From Octopus sinensis (lineage: Eukaryota): a DNA stretch of 64,000 bases. The notes beneath the pieces are model-generated. The model saw only the letters and a program-made list of their open reading frames with translations. It was not told the origin of the DNA and searched no databases. The stretch covers positions 4,898,001 to 4,962,000 of the forward strand of contig NC_043004.1 in NCBI RefSeq assembly GCF_006345805.1. The letters are read 5' to 3'. Positions 13,318 through 25,118 of this stretch are shown one piece after another. Position 1 is the first letter of the stretch. Every line of letters starts with the position of its first letter. A program made the position numbers and the translations under genes.

Positions 13318-13417
13318 NNNNNNNNNNNNNNNNNNNNNNNNNNNNNNNNNNNNNNNNNNNNNNNNNNNNNNNNNNNNNNNNNNNNNNNNNNNNNNNNNNN
13401 NNNNNNNNNNNNNNNNN
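13318..13417. other. assembly gap (100 N, probably unknown size)
   Basis: Directly visible. Confidence 1.
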
Positions 13418-13593
13418 GTAATTTTTTTTTAAATCGCAGACTCATCGTAGACGCGCGCTAATACCCAGAGGCTCGATATGAATCACGACTATAAGATACC
13501 CACTTTTGGTTACACTGCACCGCAAAATGTGGGAGTAGTTAGGAATCTAAATCGTAGGAGACAGACACACAACTTCACTTTTATATATAAAGA
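13418..13593 (-). mobile_element. Helitron-like 5' end running into the gap
   Basis: Minus strand reads A|TCTTTATATATAAAAGTGAAG...TGTCTGTC, the same 5' style as the element at 53310. Confidence 0.5.
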
Positions 13594-13610
13594 TATACAT
13601 ATATATATAC

Positions 13611-13641
<31 letters not shown>

Positions 13642-13654
13642 TACACACACACAT

Positions 13655-13836
13655 GCAGCAGTGGCGGTGTGGTAAGCAGCTTGCTTACCGACCACATGGT
13701 TCCGGGTTCAGTCCCACTGCGTGGCACTTTGGGCAAGTGTCTTATACTATAGCCTCAGGCCGACCAAAGCCTTGTGAGTGGATTTGGTAGACGGAAACTG
13801 AAAGAAACCGGTCATATATATATGTATATATATGTG

Positions 13837-13890
<54 letters not shown>

Positions 13891-14163
13891 GTGAGTGTGT
13901 GTGTGCGTATGTGTGTCTGCATGTGTGTGTCTATGTATGTATGTATATATGGATGTATGTACGTGTTTGCGCACCCCCAACATCGCTTGACAACTGATGT
14001 GTGTGTTTACGTCACCGTAACCGAGCAGTTCGGCGAAAAGACACCGATAGAATAAGTACTAGGTTTACAAAGAATAAGTCCAGGGTTGGATTTGTTCGAC
14101 TAAAGGCGGTGCTCCAGTATGGCTGCAGTGAAATGGCTGAAACAAATAAAAGAATAAAAGAAT
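13655..14163 (+). mobile_element. CORE-like tRNA SINE (family A) with internal microsatellite and CR1-like tail
   Basis: A box TGGCGGTGTGG, B box GGTTCAGTCCC, CACTTTGGGCAAGTG, internal (TA)n(TG)n, tail AAGGCGGTGCTCCAGTATGGC..CTGAAACAAATAAAAG. Other copies: 19296-19900, 20229-20597, 28363-28742, 33229-33630 (+); 24415-24799, 41490-42057, 52381-52537, 53040-53255, 29830-29995 (-). Confidence 0.85.
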
Positions 14164-14630
14164 ATATATATATATAAATCAAAGTAAGCAACAAGGATAT
14201 CCAGAGGTAATGCAGTACGATCGTTTCATGCAACTCCATGTAATTGAACAATGCAATCATTGCATCAATTTACAATATAGAGCAATCTTCAGCTGCACAA
14301 AGACATAGCATTTAATTAAATTAGAACAGATGGATACATTAGTATAATCATACCTAAAATCTCCAAGAAGTTAAGGAGATTGACAAAGAACATGTTGTAC
14401 CTACAACAGCAAAGTCGTTATAGGTACAACATGTTCTTTGTCTTTCGAAGCAATTATTCCTTGAAGCAAGAAAATGGAGGAAACATGTAAAATGAAATGG
14501 AGAGAAGCAGTGGGAAAAAAAGTGACACAGAAAACGACGAAGTTCAAATAAAGTAGAACAGCAATTCACTGTCTTTCAACTTCTCTTTTGTTTTTTCTTC
14601 ATCACTTTTGTCATTTAAAAAAAAAAATAA

Positions 14631-15062
14631 ATGCGTCCTTTTCAAGCCTAGCCAGGTTCATGGGCCCGGTTTCCCAGTTTCTATAGAGTATGTGTTCCCC
14701 AGCTGGACGGGACGCCAGTCCATCGCAGCGTTACTCATTTTTGCCAGCTGAGTGAACTGAAGCAACGTGAAATGAAGTGTTTTGCTCAAGAACACGACGC
14801 GTCGCCCGGTCCAGGAATCGAAACCACAATCTTACGATCATGATGCTGACACCCTAACCACAGTTTCTATAGAGTATGTGTTCCCCAGCTGGACGGGACG
14901 CCACGCCATCGCAGCGTTACTCATTTTTGCCAGCTGAGTGAACTGGAGCAACGTGAAATGAAGTGTTTTGCTCAAGAACACGACGCGTCGCCCGGTCCAG
15001 GAATCGAAACCACAATCTTACGATCATGATGCTGACACCCTAACCACTAAGCCACGCGCCTC
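14631..15062 (-). mobile_element. V-domain-like tRNA SINE with internal 186-bp tandem duplication
   Basis: Minus strand GAGGCGCGTGGCTTAGTGGTTAGG...GGTTTCGATTCC...GTGTTCTTGAGCAAAACAC...GCGATGGACTGGCGTCCCGTCCAG; units 14675-14860 and 14861-15046. Related copies 40095-40353(-), 42155-42300(+), 47491-47630(+). Confidence 0.85.
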
Positions 15063-15689
15063 TACCTTTTGTCATTTGGGAACACCGAAATGCAGATGCT
15101 TGGACCATTTGTTCTCAACTATACTCCAGTTGTTTTCGTGATAAATATTGCAGTATTGTGTAGAACTGACAGGGATCATGTGCCAAAGTCCTGATGTTGT
15201 ATATAGACTTCAGTATATATTAAGGTGTTCATTGTACTCGATATGGATTTTGCTTTTATAGTTTTATATGTTCAGTATTATTTTGTCGGTACAGTGAAAC
15301 AGCTTGATCAGTTTCATTGTCTTTTCTATCTGCAATTCTCCCTCTTTTAATATCCTTCTCTTTATGAAACACAGCCTCTGCTTCACGAAATGGTATTAAA
15401 CTCTATAATTTATAGATCTTAAGGAGAGGATAATCAAAAACACTCCCTGAACATGAACGATGATAAATGTATGAAAATGTATGTATGCAAAGGTATACAT
15501 AGAAAAACTAGATGCCAATGTGGATTGTTACCCAATGTACAGAAAGTTGTAAGGGGGGACAACTCAAATTCGAAACAGAAGATGGATAACAGAAATGTCA
15601 TTCCATATAATAAAAAAAAAGTATCCTTTAAATATTAGTCATATCATTATGAAAACTTGAGCCTCCATTCATTTTGTAAAATATTGATT

Positions 15690-16115
15690 TCAAATTTTAG
15701 CACAAGGCCAGCAATTTTGGGGGAGGGAGTAAGTTGATTACATTGACTCCGGTGCTCAACTGGTACTCTTTTTATTGACCCCAAAAGAATGAAAAGCAAA
15801 AGTCGATCTAGGCGGAATTTGAACTCAGAATGTAAAGACAAAAAGAAATGACGCTAAGCGTTTTACACGGTATGCTAACGAGTCTGCCAGCACGCCGCCT
15901 TGAAATGGTTTCAGATTTTGGCACAAGAACAGCAATCCCGGGGGAAAAGGGCCAAGTCGATCACATCGATCCCACTGTTCAACTGGTACTCCTTTTATCG
16001 ACCCCGAAAGGCTAAGAAGCAATGTCGGCGGAATTTGAATTCAGAATGTAAAAACTGACGAAATGCCGCTAAGCATTTTGCCCGGTGTGCTAATGATTCT
16101 GCCAGCACGCCGCCT
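15690..16115 (-). mobile_element. two tandem Deu/Nin-like SINE copies
   Basis: Two consecutive GGCGGAATTTGAA(C/T)TCAGAA...GCTAA(C/T)GA.TCTGCCAGCACGCCGCC units. Confidence 0.75.
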
Positions 16116-16986
16116 GTTCATTTTGCAAGATATTAAAATGCGTATACAAGGACTATTTACAGCATCAATATTGAAACTGACCGAACTGAACACCAATGAG
16201 ATATAGCTATTTAGGTGTCAAACGTGTTAATTCCCAGAAGTAATGTTGTAACTTGGCCTGGGACCTTTATTCTTTCATGGAGTCGTAACGCATTATGTCA
16301 TGGACACACTGCTTGTCTTTTAGATGAGACGAAGCCCATTTCTCTCCGGGTCTGACCATAGCTGATTTCTTCCAAAAAGAGAGACACAGTGAGAATAATA
16401 AACCCAGTAGAGGATTGATCTTTTATCTATCGACCCTTAAAGAGCGAAAGACAAAGTTGATCACGGTAGTATTCAAACTCGGAGTACAGAGACTGCAGCC
16501 ATTACTTCAAAGCAATCCTTCATACCTCTAACTACTCGATTAATTTGCTCAGCGGAAAAGAATATAGAATATAGAATATAGACTAAAATAATATAGAATG
16601 GGTGATATATCACATTCAGAGATTAGATTACCGACATCAAAAGCAATTAGTGTACTTTACTGAAGATAATTAACAAGATGTCCTTCACAGCGCAGAACAC
16701 GGCGTAAACTAAACGATGATGCATACACAAGACTAATTTATACTGAAACTCCATACCATTATATCTTCGACAAACGAGCATGTTAACAGGGAAGAATTTT
16801 CGTGCAACGATGGCGGCCTCTACCAAGATTAACAACTGTCATCCTAAATGAACATCTGAGGTAATAAATATATGCATCTGTAAATGTTTATTATTACGAG
16901 AACTAAATTTCCGCTGAGCATTTTGTCCGACGTGCTAACAATTCTTCCAGCTCGCCGCCTTAATAATAATAATAATAATAATATAA

Positions 16987-17022
<36 letters not shown>

Positions 17023-17164
17023 CCGATCGTGGCCGTTTGCCAGCCTTCTGTGCCGGTAGCACGTAAAAAACACCCACTTCACTCACGGAGTGGTTGGCCT
17101 TAGGAAGGGCATCCAGCTGTAGAAACACTGCCAGATCAGACTGGAGCCTGGTGCGGGCAGTGGC

Positions 17165-17643
17165 TCTCGTGCCTTCTGATCTTAACTGATTGGAAGTGTT
17201 ATCATATACATTGTTTTGTCTTGTTATAAAAGATGGGCTACAGCAAATATTTTGCTCAATACCACAGATTTGCTTGTCAGTTGTTTGACCTTAACCAGTT
17301 GAGCATATCCCTTGGTTGACGATATCTGCATCTCTGATCACGAGCAGAAGTAGTGGGGGAGCATCATAACCATGTGTTGAGAGGGATTCTTTGGGATTTG
17401 GATAATCCACCTCTGGAAACATGGGTGTTTCGTTCAGCATTCTTAAACAACCCTTATTCAGGGACCTTTTGAGCGGGATGGGCTGCTCGACCAGAAGAAG
17501 ATCAACATGTTGCGCACATATGGTTGTGATGCATGTACCTAGTGTACCCTTATCAGACGGGTAGTCATGATGGGTATACTGGGCTTAGTATATTTTACCC
17601 CAGTGTCACTTTGATGGCATGCACAGCTCTCTCACTCAACAAC

Positions 17644-17700
<57 letters not shown>
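17165..17700 (+). mobile_element. unclassified retroposon 3' segment with (AAT)n tail
   Basis: Ends ...CCCCAGTGTCACTTTGATGGCATGCACAGCTCTCTCACTCAAC followed by (AAT)n to ~17700; no ORF recognised. Confidence 0.45.
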
Positions 17701-17701
<1 letters not shown>

Positions 17702-17714
17702 TTTCCTACTATAG

Positions 17715-18310
17715 GTACAAGGCCTGAAAGTTGGAGGAGGGAGATAGTCGATTACATCGACCCCAGTGTTTCACTGGTAATTGATTTATCGACCCCGAAA
17801 GGATGAAACACAAAGTCGATCTCGGCGAAATTTAAACTCAGAACGTAGCGGCAGACAAAATACCTATTTCTTTCCTACCCACAAGGGGCTAAACACAGAG
17901 AAGACAAACGGATTAAGTCGATTATATCGACCCCAGTGCGTAACTTGTACTTATTTAATCGACCCCGAAAGGATGAAAGGCAAAGTCGACCTCGGCGAAT
18001 TTGAACCCAGAACGTAGCGGCAGACGAAATACAGCTAAGCATTTCGTCCAGCGTGATAACGATTCTGCCAGCTCGCCGCCCTAATAATAATTATTTTTTC
18101 TACTCTAGGCAGAAGGCCTTGAAAATTTGGGGGAAGGGGGATAGCCAATTACATCGACCCCAGTGCGTAACTGGCACTTATTTAATCGACACCCAAAGGA
18201 TGAAAGGCAAAGTCGAACTCGGCGGAATTTGAACTCAGAACGTAGCGACAGACGAAATGCCGCTACGCATTTCGCCGGGCGTGCTAACAATTCTACTAGC
18301 TCACCGCCCT
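17715..18310 (-). mobile_element. head-to-tail cluster of three Deu/Nin-like SINE units
   Basis: Three repeats of GTCGA(T/C)(C)TCGGCG(G)AATTT..ACTCAGAACGTAGCG.CAGAC. Similar clusters at 27480-27940(+), 38790-39175(-), 40480-40866(-), 54690-55300(+). Confidence 0.85.
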
Positions 18311-18313
18311 CCT

Positions 18314-18792
18314 AATAAGAAGCAGTAGTAGAAGAAGAAGAAGAAGAAGAAGAAGAAGAAGAAGAAGAAGAAGAAGAAGAAGAAGAGAAGAAGAAGAAAA
18401 CAACAACAACAAACAACAACAAAACACAAGAACAAGAAGACAAGAAGAGAACAAGAAGAAGAAAACAAGAAACAAGAAGAACAAGAAAGAAGAACAAGAA
18501 CAAGACAAGAAGAGAGAAGAACAAAGAAGAAGAACAAAAGAACAAGACGAAGAAGAACAAGAAGACAGAAGAAGAAGAAGAACAAGAAGAAGAAGAAGAG
18601 AGAAGAAGAAAACAGAGAAGAAGAAGAAAGAAGAAGAAAAGAAGAACAAGAAGAAAGAAGAAGAAGAAGAAGAAGAAGAAGAAGAAGAAGAAGAAGAAGA
18701 AGAAGAAGAAGAAGAAGAAGAAGAAGAAGAAGAAGAAGAAGAAGAAGAAGAAGAAGGAGGAGAAGAAGAAGAAGAAGGGGAAGAAGAAGAAA
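18314..18792. repeat. (GAA)n array with degenerate centre
   Basis: Pure (GAA)n at both ends, GAA/CAA/GAG mixture in the middle. Confidence 0.95.
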
Positions 18793-19536
18793 CAACTACA
18801 TTATGCAAACATTAGCAATGGGATAAAACAAGATTATGCAAATATTAACTTTGAAATATTTCATTAAAATACAAATACAAATACGAGTTGTGAGGAATAC
18901 GACATGTAAGAAATTCAAGAAAACAATAACTTTTGTACTATTATTATAAGTATTATGTTTCTTATTGATTTCTAACAATTCCACATAAACTGATTACATC
19001 AACAATATTTTAAAACTAAGTTTGCAATTTTGTGATCGATTTTAGTAAGCTGTTATCGTATGCAGTATTGACAAAAGAGTAAATAATTGCAGATAAATCC
19101 TTGGTGGAAATATACGATGCTTTGAACATCAATCAAAATGAAAAGTTCATTGATATTTTTTTGAACTATTTGAGTAGTATTTAACTTCTGATGTGAAATT
19201 AGAGCTCGGGGGGAAATTTCGTTCTTTTTCTTCATTTTTTCTTTCTTTTCTTTTTTGGAAAATGTTTACTACAGCAGTAGTAAACTCCTGTAGGTGCAGG
19301 AGTGGCTGTGTGGTAAAGAGCTTGCTTACGAACCACATGGTTCAGGGTTCAGTCCCACTGCGTGGCACCTTGGGCAAACGTCTTCTACTATAGCCTCGGG
19401 CTGACCAAAGCCTTGTGAGTGGATTTGGTAGGCGGAAACTGAAAGATGCCCGTCGTATACATGTGATCTCTTGAGCACCACCAGCAAAAATATTTTTTTC
19501 CTCTGTCTTCCCTTCTCGGGATCTTTCCTTCTCCTT

Positions 19537-19571
19537 GTTTCCGACGAAGAGCTCCGCTCGAAACGTTAAAC
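19537..19571 (+). ncRNA. minimal hammerhead ribozyme motif (PLE type, U4C variant)
   Basis: GTTT-CCGACGA-A-GAGC(tcc)GCTC-GAA-ACGT-T-AAAC: stem I GTTT/AAAC, stem II GAGC/GCTC, palindromic ACGT stem III; lies in a ~220-bp insert (~19460-19675) within the internal TA tract of a SINE. Confidence 0.55.
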
Positions 19572-20106
19572 CCTCCTTCCCTTCTTTCCTGAGCGTCAAA
19601 TAATACTTTAATTGTTCCACGTCCTCGCGTTGCTGTGTTTTTTTCTGTGTTTTCTTGTTTGGATTAACTTTATGTATATATATATATATGTTTGTGCGTT
19701 TGTGTTTGTCCCCCAACATCACTTGACAACCGATGCGGGTGTGTTTACGTCCCCGTAACTTGGCGCTTCAGCAAAAGTGACCGATAGAATAAGTACTAGG
19801 CTTCCAAAGAAGAAGTCTTGGGGACGATTTGCTCGACTAAAGGCAGTGCTCCAGCATGGCCGCAGTCAAATAACTGAAACAAGTCAAGGAGTAAAGGAGT
19901 GAGGAGTACATTTGCATTTTTGTTTTTATTAACAACGTAGATGAAGGCATGGCAGTGTGGTTAAGAAACTTTGCTTTACAATCATCTGGTTTTGGGTTCA
20001 GTCCCACTACACGGTTTACTTTGAGCAAATGTCTTCTATTGTAGCGCCTGGTGACCAATGCCTTGCGAGTGAATTTGGTAGAAAGAAAATGAGCAGAAGC
20101 ATATCG

Positions 20107-20165
<59 letters not shown>

Positions 20166-20625
20166 TTATAAATTAGGGATATAATCATTGAAAATTATTA
20201 TATCAGTGGTAAGCGTACAAAAAAAATGACTGTATCGGTAGAATTAATTTGGGCAAGTGCCTTCTATTATAGCTTCGAGCCGACCAAAGCCTTGTGAGTG
20301 GATTTGGTAGACATAAATTGAAAGAAGCCTGTCGTGTGTATGTGTATGTGTGTGTGTGTGTGCGTGTGTGTGCGTGTGTGTGCGTGTGTATGCGTGTGTG
20401 TGCTTGTCGCCCCAACAAAGCTTGACAACCGATGTTGGTGTGTTTACGTCCCCGTAACTAAGCAGTTCGGCAAAAGAGACCGATAGAATAAGTACTCGGC
20501 TTACAAAGAATAAGTCCTGGGGTCGATTTGTTCGACTAAAGGTGGTGCTCCAGCATGACTGCAGTCAAATCACGGAAACAAGTAAAAGAATAAAAGACTA
20601 AATTATGAAATACAATTATAATTAA

Positions 20626-20760
20626 AGGCTCTGCAATGCCAGCGCCTATACGCTAAAAATAGATGTCAAATACCTACCATCCACACTAAATCAGTCCTCT
20701 GGTGGATTGTGAGTATTTGACATCTATTTTTACCGTATAGGCGCTGGCATTCCAAAACCC
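20626..20760. mobile_element. palindromic MITE, Kolobok/T2-like
   Basis: TTAA|AGGCTCTGCAATGCCAGCGCCTATACG...CGTATAGGCGCTGGCATTCCAAAACCC|TTAA; ~50-bp arms; TTAA flanks with RR...YY termini. Confidence 0.65.
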
Positions 20761-21418
20761 TTAATTATAATATATTTTATAATTATATATTTAAATTAAT
20801 CAAAGGACATACTGAGTATGTCTACCTGCTGAAAATAAGAGTCAAAACTTTTATTTAAATCGACAAAATATACTTATAATAACTACAGATATCAACCGTC
20901 GGAAGGCAAACGGGTTAAGACAATCTCTCAGCACACATTCATGTATTTGGACTCACGCGGACCGGTTTCTGAACTGGCATAATACATGCTGAAAAGTGCA
21001 GTTAAAAACCCAAACCACGAAAAAAAGGAATCCTTACGGCACGCTGCTAATAGGCACCAGAGTGAATAGAAAATTAGTTAACCATATAATCGAGTTTCGC
21101 TATTAGTATTCTTCCTCAGCACGCATTACCATGATAGAGAACCCCAACTGTCATGTTGATGTCTGCGCTGCAACTGATTCGTTTTGCGCCGTGTATTATT
21201 TGCTCCGTATTGCATTTATAATTATATACTTTAAAATGTATGACATTGTATAAATAACGGTCATTACATTTTTTACTTTTATTGGAAAAGTGTGATCATT
21301 ATTATACCTTGTCTTGTATATCACCTGTGTAATAATCAATATAACTACAGCGCAACCACGGATTTACAATATAGATTGGTGGTCAACTATAACCTCAGAC
21401 TCTGTTACAAGAATATAT

Positions 21419-21735
21419 ACTCCCCAAGCTGCAACCCCACCCTTGATTATTATGTGCGGAGCGCAGTTGAACGAGAAACCAACAACACTTCTTGTAGCAC
21501 CAAAGATGAACTGAAGGCAAGGATTATAGCAGCATTCACCAACTTAAACAAGGAGACCATCCAGAATATTTGCAAGAGATTCCAAAGTCGTCTGGAGGCC
21601 GTAGTTGAAGCCAATGGCGATTTTATTGAATAAATTTACTCAAAATATTTTTATGTAATTTTGGTAAATGATATGTCAGTGTTACTTACATTTCTGCGTA
21701 ATTTAGACGACAATTTATTCACCGCACCCTCTGTA
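21419..21735 (+). mobile_element. Tc1/mariner 3' fragment (transposase C-terminus and right TIR)
   Basis: SPSCNPTLDYYVRSAVERETN..CSTKDELKARI.AAF.NLNKETIQ..CKRFQSRLEAVVEANGDFIE* (stop at 21633); ends GACAATTTATTCACCGCACCCTCTG|TA. Confidence 0.85.
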
Positions 21736-21851
21736 TGTGTGAGTGTGTGTGTATGTGTGTGTGTATGCATATATATATAGATAGATATATATATGTGTGT
21801 GTGTGTATGTATGTATATATATATATATGTATATATATGCATACACATATA

Positions 21852-21968
<117 letters not shown>

Positions 21969-22507
21969 GCAAGTGTGTTTATGTGTAGATGTACGAATGA
22001 CGCCCAAATATATGCTACACACATATATATATATATATACTCACACACATTTATGTACCCATGCATACCTGCATGTCTGTGTATATAGATAGATATATAA
22101 ACATACATAAACATATATGTACGTATACACATTACATGCATATAAACATATGCTTATATACATAAACATAAGCTTATAAATATATCGCTCAATATATCAG
22201 TTTCTTTATTACCCACACGGGGCTAAACATAGAGGGGACAAACAAGGACAGACAAACGGATTAAGTCGATTACATCGACCCCAGTGCGTAACTGGTACTT
22301 AATTTATCGACCCCGAAAGGATGAAAGGCAAAGTCGACCTCGGCGGAATTTGAACTCAGAACGTAACGGCAGACCAAATACGGCTACGCATTTCGCTCGG
22401 CGTGCTAACGGTTCTGCCAGCTTGCCGCCTTGTATCGCACAATATATGGCCTCTTTCATTCACTCAGTCCATCCTTTCTCTCTCTTATATTGATATATAT
22501 ACAAATA

Positions 22508-22547
<40 letters not shown>

Positions 22548-22552
22548 CATAC

Positions 22553-22618
<66 letters not shown>

Positions 22619-23397
22619 TGTATGTATGTATGTATGTATGTACATGTATAAATGAATATACATGTATATATGTGTGTGTGTGTATGTGTGTATGTATGCA
22701 TGTGTTTGTGTATTCTTATGTATATATGTGTGTACGTGCGTATAAAAATATCTATTTACATAACTGTGATTACCTCCAATTTTCACTTGATTTACATATG
22801 GTTAATGTTGCATATAAAGTAGCGCCAGCTAATGCTTCAAACGTATAACAATACCCCATACAGTGACAACAACATTGAATATGTTATTTATTTATGCCCC
22901 CGCCTCACCAGTGAGGCCTGGAATCGGGTTCGTTTACGGCTGATTGTACATTATAATTGGTTGACGTCAACAGTACAGAATCATCTGAACATGCCATATG
23001 AATTATATCCTACGGTGAAGTCGCCAATAGAGGCAATTCTCCGTCATTCTCGACGATGAGCAGTCAGTTGTCTAACAAATTGAATTACTACTCGTGAAAT
23101 CAACGGGTAATGGCTGCGTATATGTCACAGGCAGTTTTACTTTATCTTTAACGCAATTCTCAAATCGAAACAGCTTAACTGATTATAACAAAAGTGAGGT
23201 TTTTAATCCAAAAGTATAACTCTAATTTTAGCACAAGTCCTGCAATTCTTAGGGAGGGTATACATTGACCCCCAGTGTTCTGTTGATACTTATTTTATTG
23301 ACTCCGAAAGGATGAAAGGCGAAGTCGAGCGCGGCGGAATTTCAACTCTGAATATAAAGCCGGAAAAAATGCTCGATGTGCTAATGGCCCTACCAAC

Positions 23398-23743
23398 ATT
23401 TTGTTCAGTTCACTAACGAATCCACAAGCAGTTTGTTCGGTTCACCAACGATTCTACCAGTATCTTGTTCAGTTCACTAACGATTCTACAAGTAACTTGT
23501 TCACTAATGATTCTACCCGTAACTTGTTCCGTTCACTAACGATTCTACTAGCAACCTGTTCGATTCACTAACGATTCTACCCGTAACTTGTTCCGTTCGC
23601 TAACGATTCTATCCGTAAGTTGTTCCGTTCGCTAACGATTCTACCCGTAAGTTGTTCTGTTCACTAACGATTCTACCAATAACTTGTTCCGTTCACTAAC
23701 AATTCTACCAGTAACTTGTTCGGTTCACTAACGATTCTAGCCG
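23398..23743. repeat. 32-bp minisatellite, ~11 copies (AACTTGTTCCGTTCACTAACGATTCTACCCGT)
   Basis: Units start at about 23521, 23553, 23585, 23617, 23649, 23681, 23713, plus four degenerate upstream copies; no unique spacers. Confidence 0.92.
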
Positions 23744-24799
23744 TATAATTACAGAGAAAGAGTGGGGAAGGAAAATAAGTTCCGGTGATGGACTACTAAT
23801 TTAAGTAACGACCCTGATAGAATGAAATTTACCTTGAAACCTACAAGGACCATGTCGTGATTTGAACTCAGAATGAAGGAAGCCGGCAGGAATACATGTG
23901 CTAACATAAATACAATTTCAAAGAGGAGGTAATTGTCGATGGCATCTCAATATTTTTCTTTTTTTTCTTTTTTCAGTTTCGTACTTATTCTATCGATCGA
24001 TTTGTCTACGAGGACGTAGACAAATCACCACCGGCTGCCAAGCGGTGAGTAGATATATAGAAACACAAACGCACACACAGATAGACTGCAAGAGAGAGAG
24101 AGAGAGTGATAGACAGCCAGACGACAAGCTTACGAAGCGTCCGTCTACCAAGTTCATTTACAAGGCTTTGATCAACCTTGGGCCATAGGAGAAGACACAG
24201 AAGGTGCCATATATTCAATTTATCTCGGGGTTTTGTGCAGGACGAGACTTCTCTGAACAGAAAGTGAGACAGGAAAATTATCAGACATAGATTCATTTCA
24301 ATTTGGTCTGACGACTGATAGGTATCATTTTCTGTTGAGGAAAGTTTGATTTTGCATGAAACCGTCCGGTAACTTTCCTTGACCAAAATATTATTACTTT
24401 ATAATTGTGTGTGTATGTGTGTGTTTGTATGTGTATTCTTTTACATGTTTCAGTCATGTGGCCATACTGGAGCACCGCCTCAAAGGGTTTCAGTCGAAGA
24501 AATCGAGTCCAGGACTTATTCTTTGTAAGCCTAGTACTTATTCTATTGATCTCTTTTGCCGAATCGCTAAGTTACGGGGACATAAACACAACCACGGTTA
24601 TCCAGCGATGGTGGGACAAACACAGACAGAATGACACACACATAAATACATATATTTACGACAAACTTCTTTCAGTTTCCGTCTACCAAATCCACTCATA
24701 GGGTTTTGGTCGGCCCAAGGCTATAGTAGATGACCTTTACCCAAGGTTCCACGCAGTGGGACTGAACCTGGAAACATGCGGTGGAGAAGCAAGCTTCTT

Positions 24800-25118
24800 T
24801 ATTTCATTATATTGGCCATAAGGCCTTACACAGAGAAAGGAAGCTGCGGGCTAGACATAGACATAATGTTATATGAAATGAGAATGAAAATGATGATTAT
24901 GGGGGGGAGCGACGCCCGCCGATCGATATTTCCCGAGAACATTGATCTCTTGTATATTATTCATGAGGCAACAAACCTCTACACTGTTCACAGTATTCAA
25001 TAATAATTCAATGACAAAATGAAGCGCTAAGCTTCTTACCTTTCTTTCCAAACTCGGAACTTTCAATAACACTGAATCTTTTCAACTATTCCTCCTCAAC
25101 ATCGCTTGTGCTCGCATA
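24800..25118 (-). mobile_element. 319-bp retroposed insert with 16-bp TSD inside a SINE head
   Basis: TSD GAGAAGCAAGCTTCTT at 24784-24799 and 25119-25134; 3' end GGCCAATATAATGAAATA. Confidence 0.7.

Noticed and set aside
20800-20918. piggyBac-like right end (CGGG|TTAA) with the palindrome GACATACTGAGTATGTC
   Set aside because: No matching left TIR found in the window.
23398-23743. CRISPR-like array (32-bp periodicity)
   Set aside because: Units are contiguous with no unique spacers, there are no cas genes, and the context is eukaryotic; it is a minisatellite.
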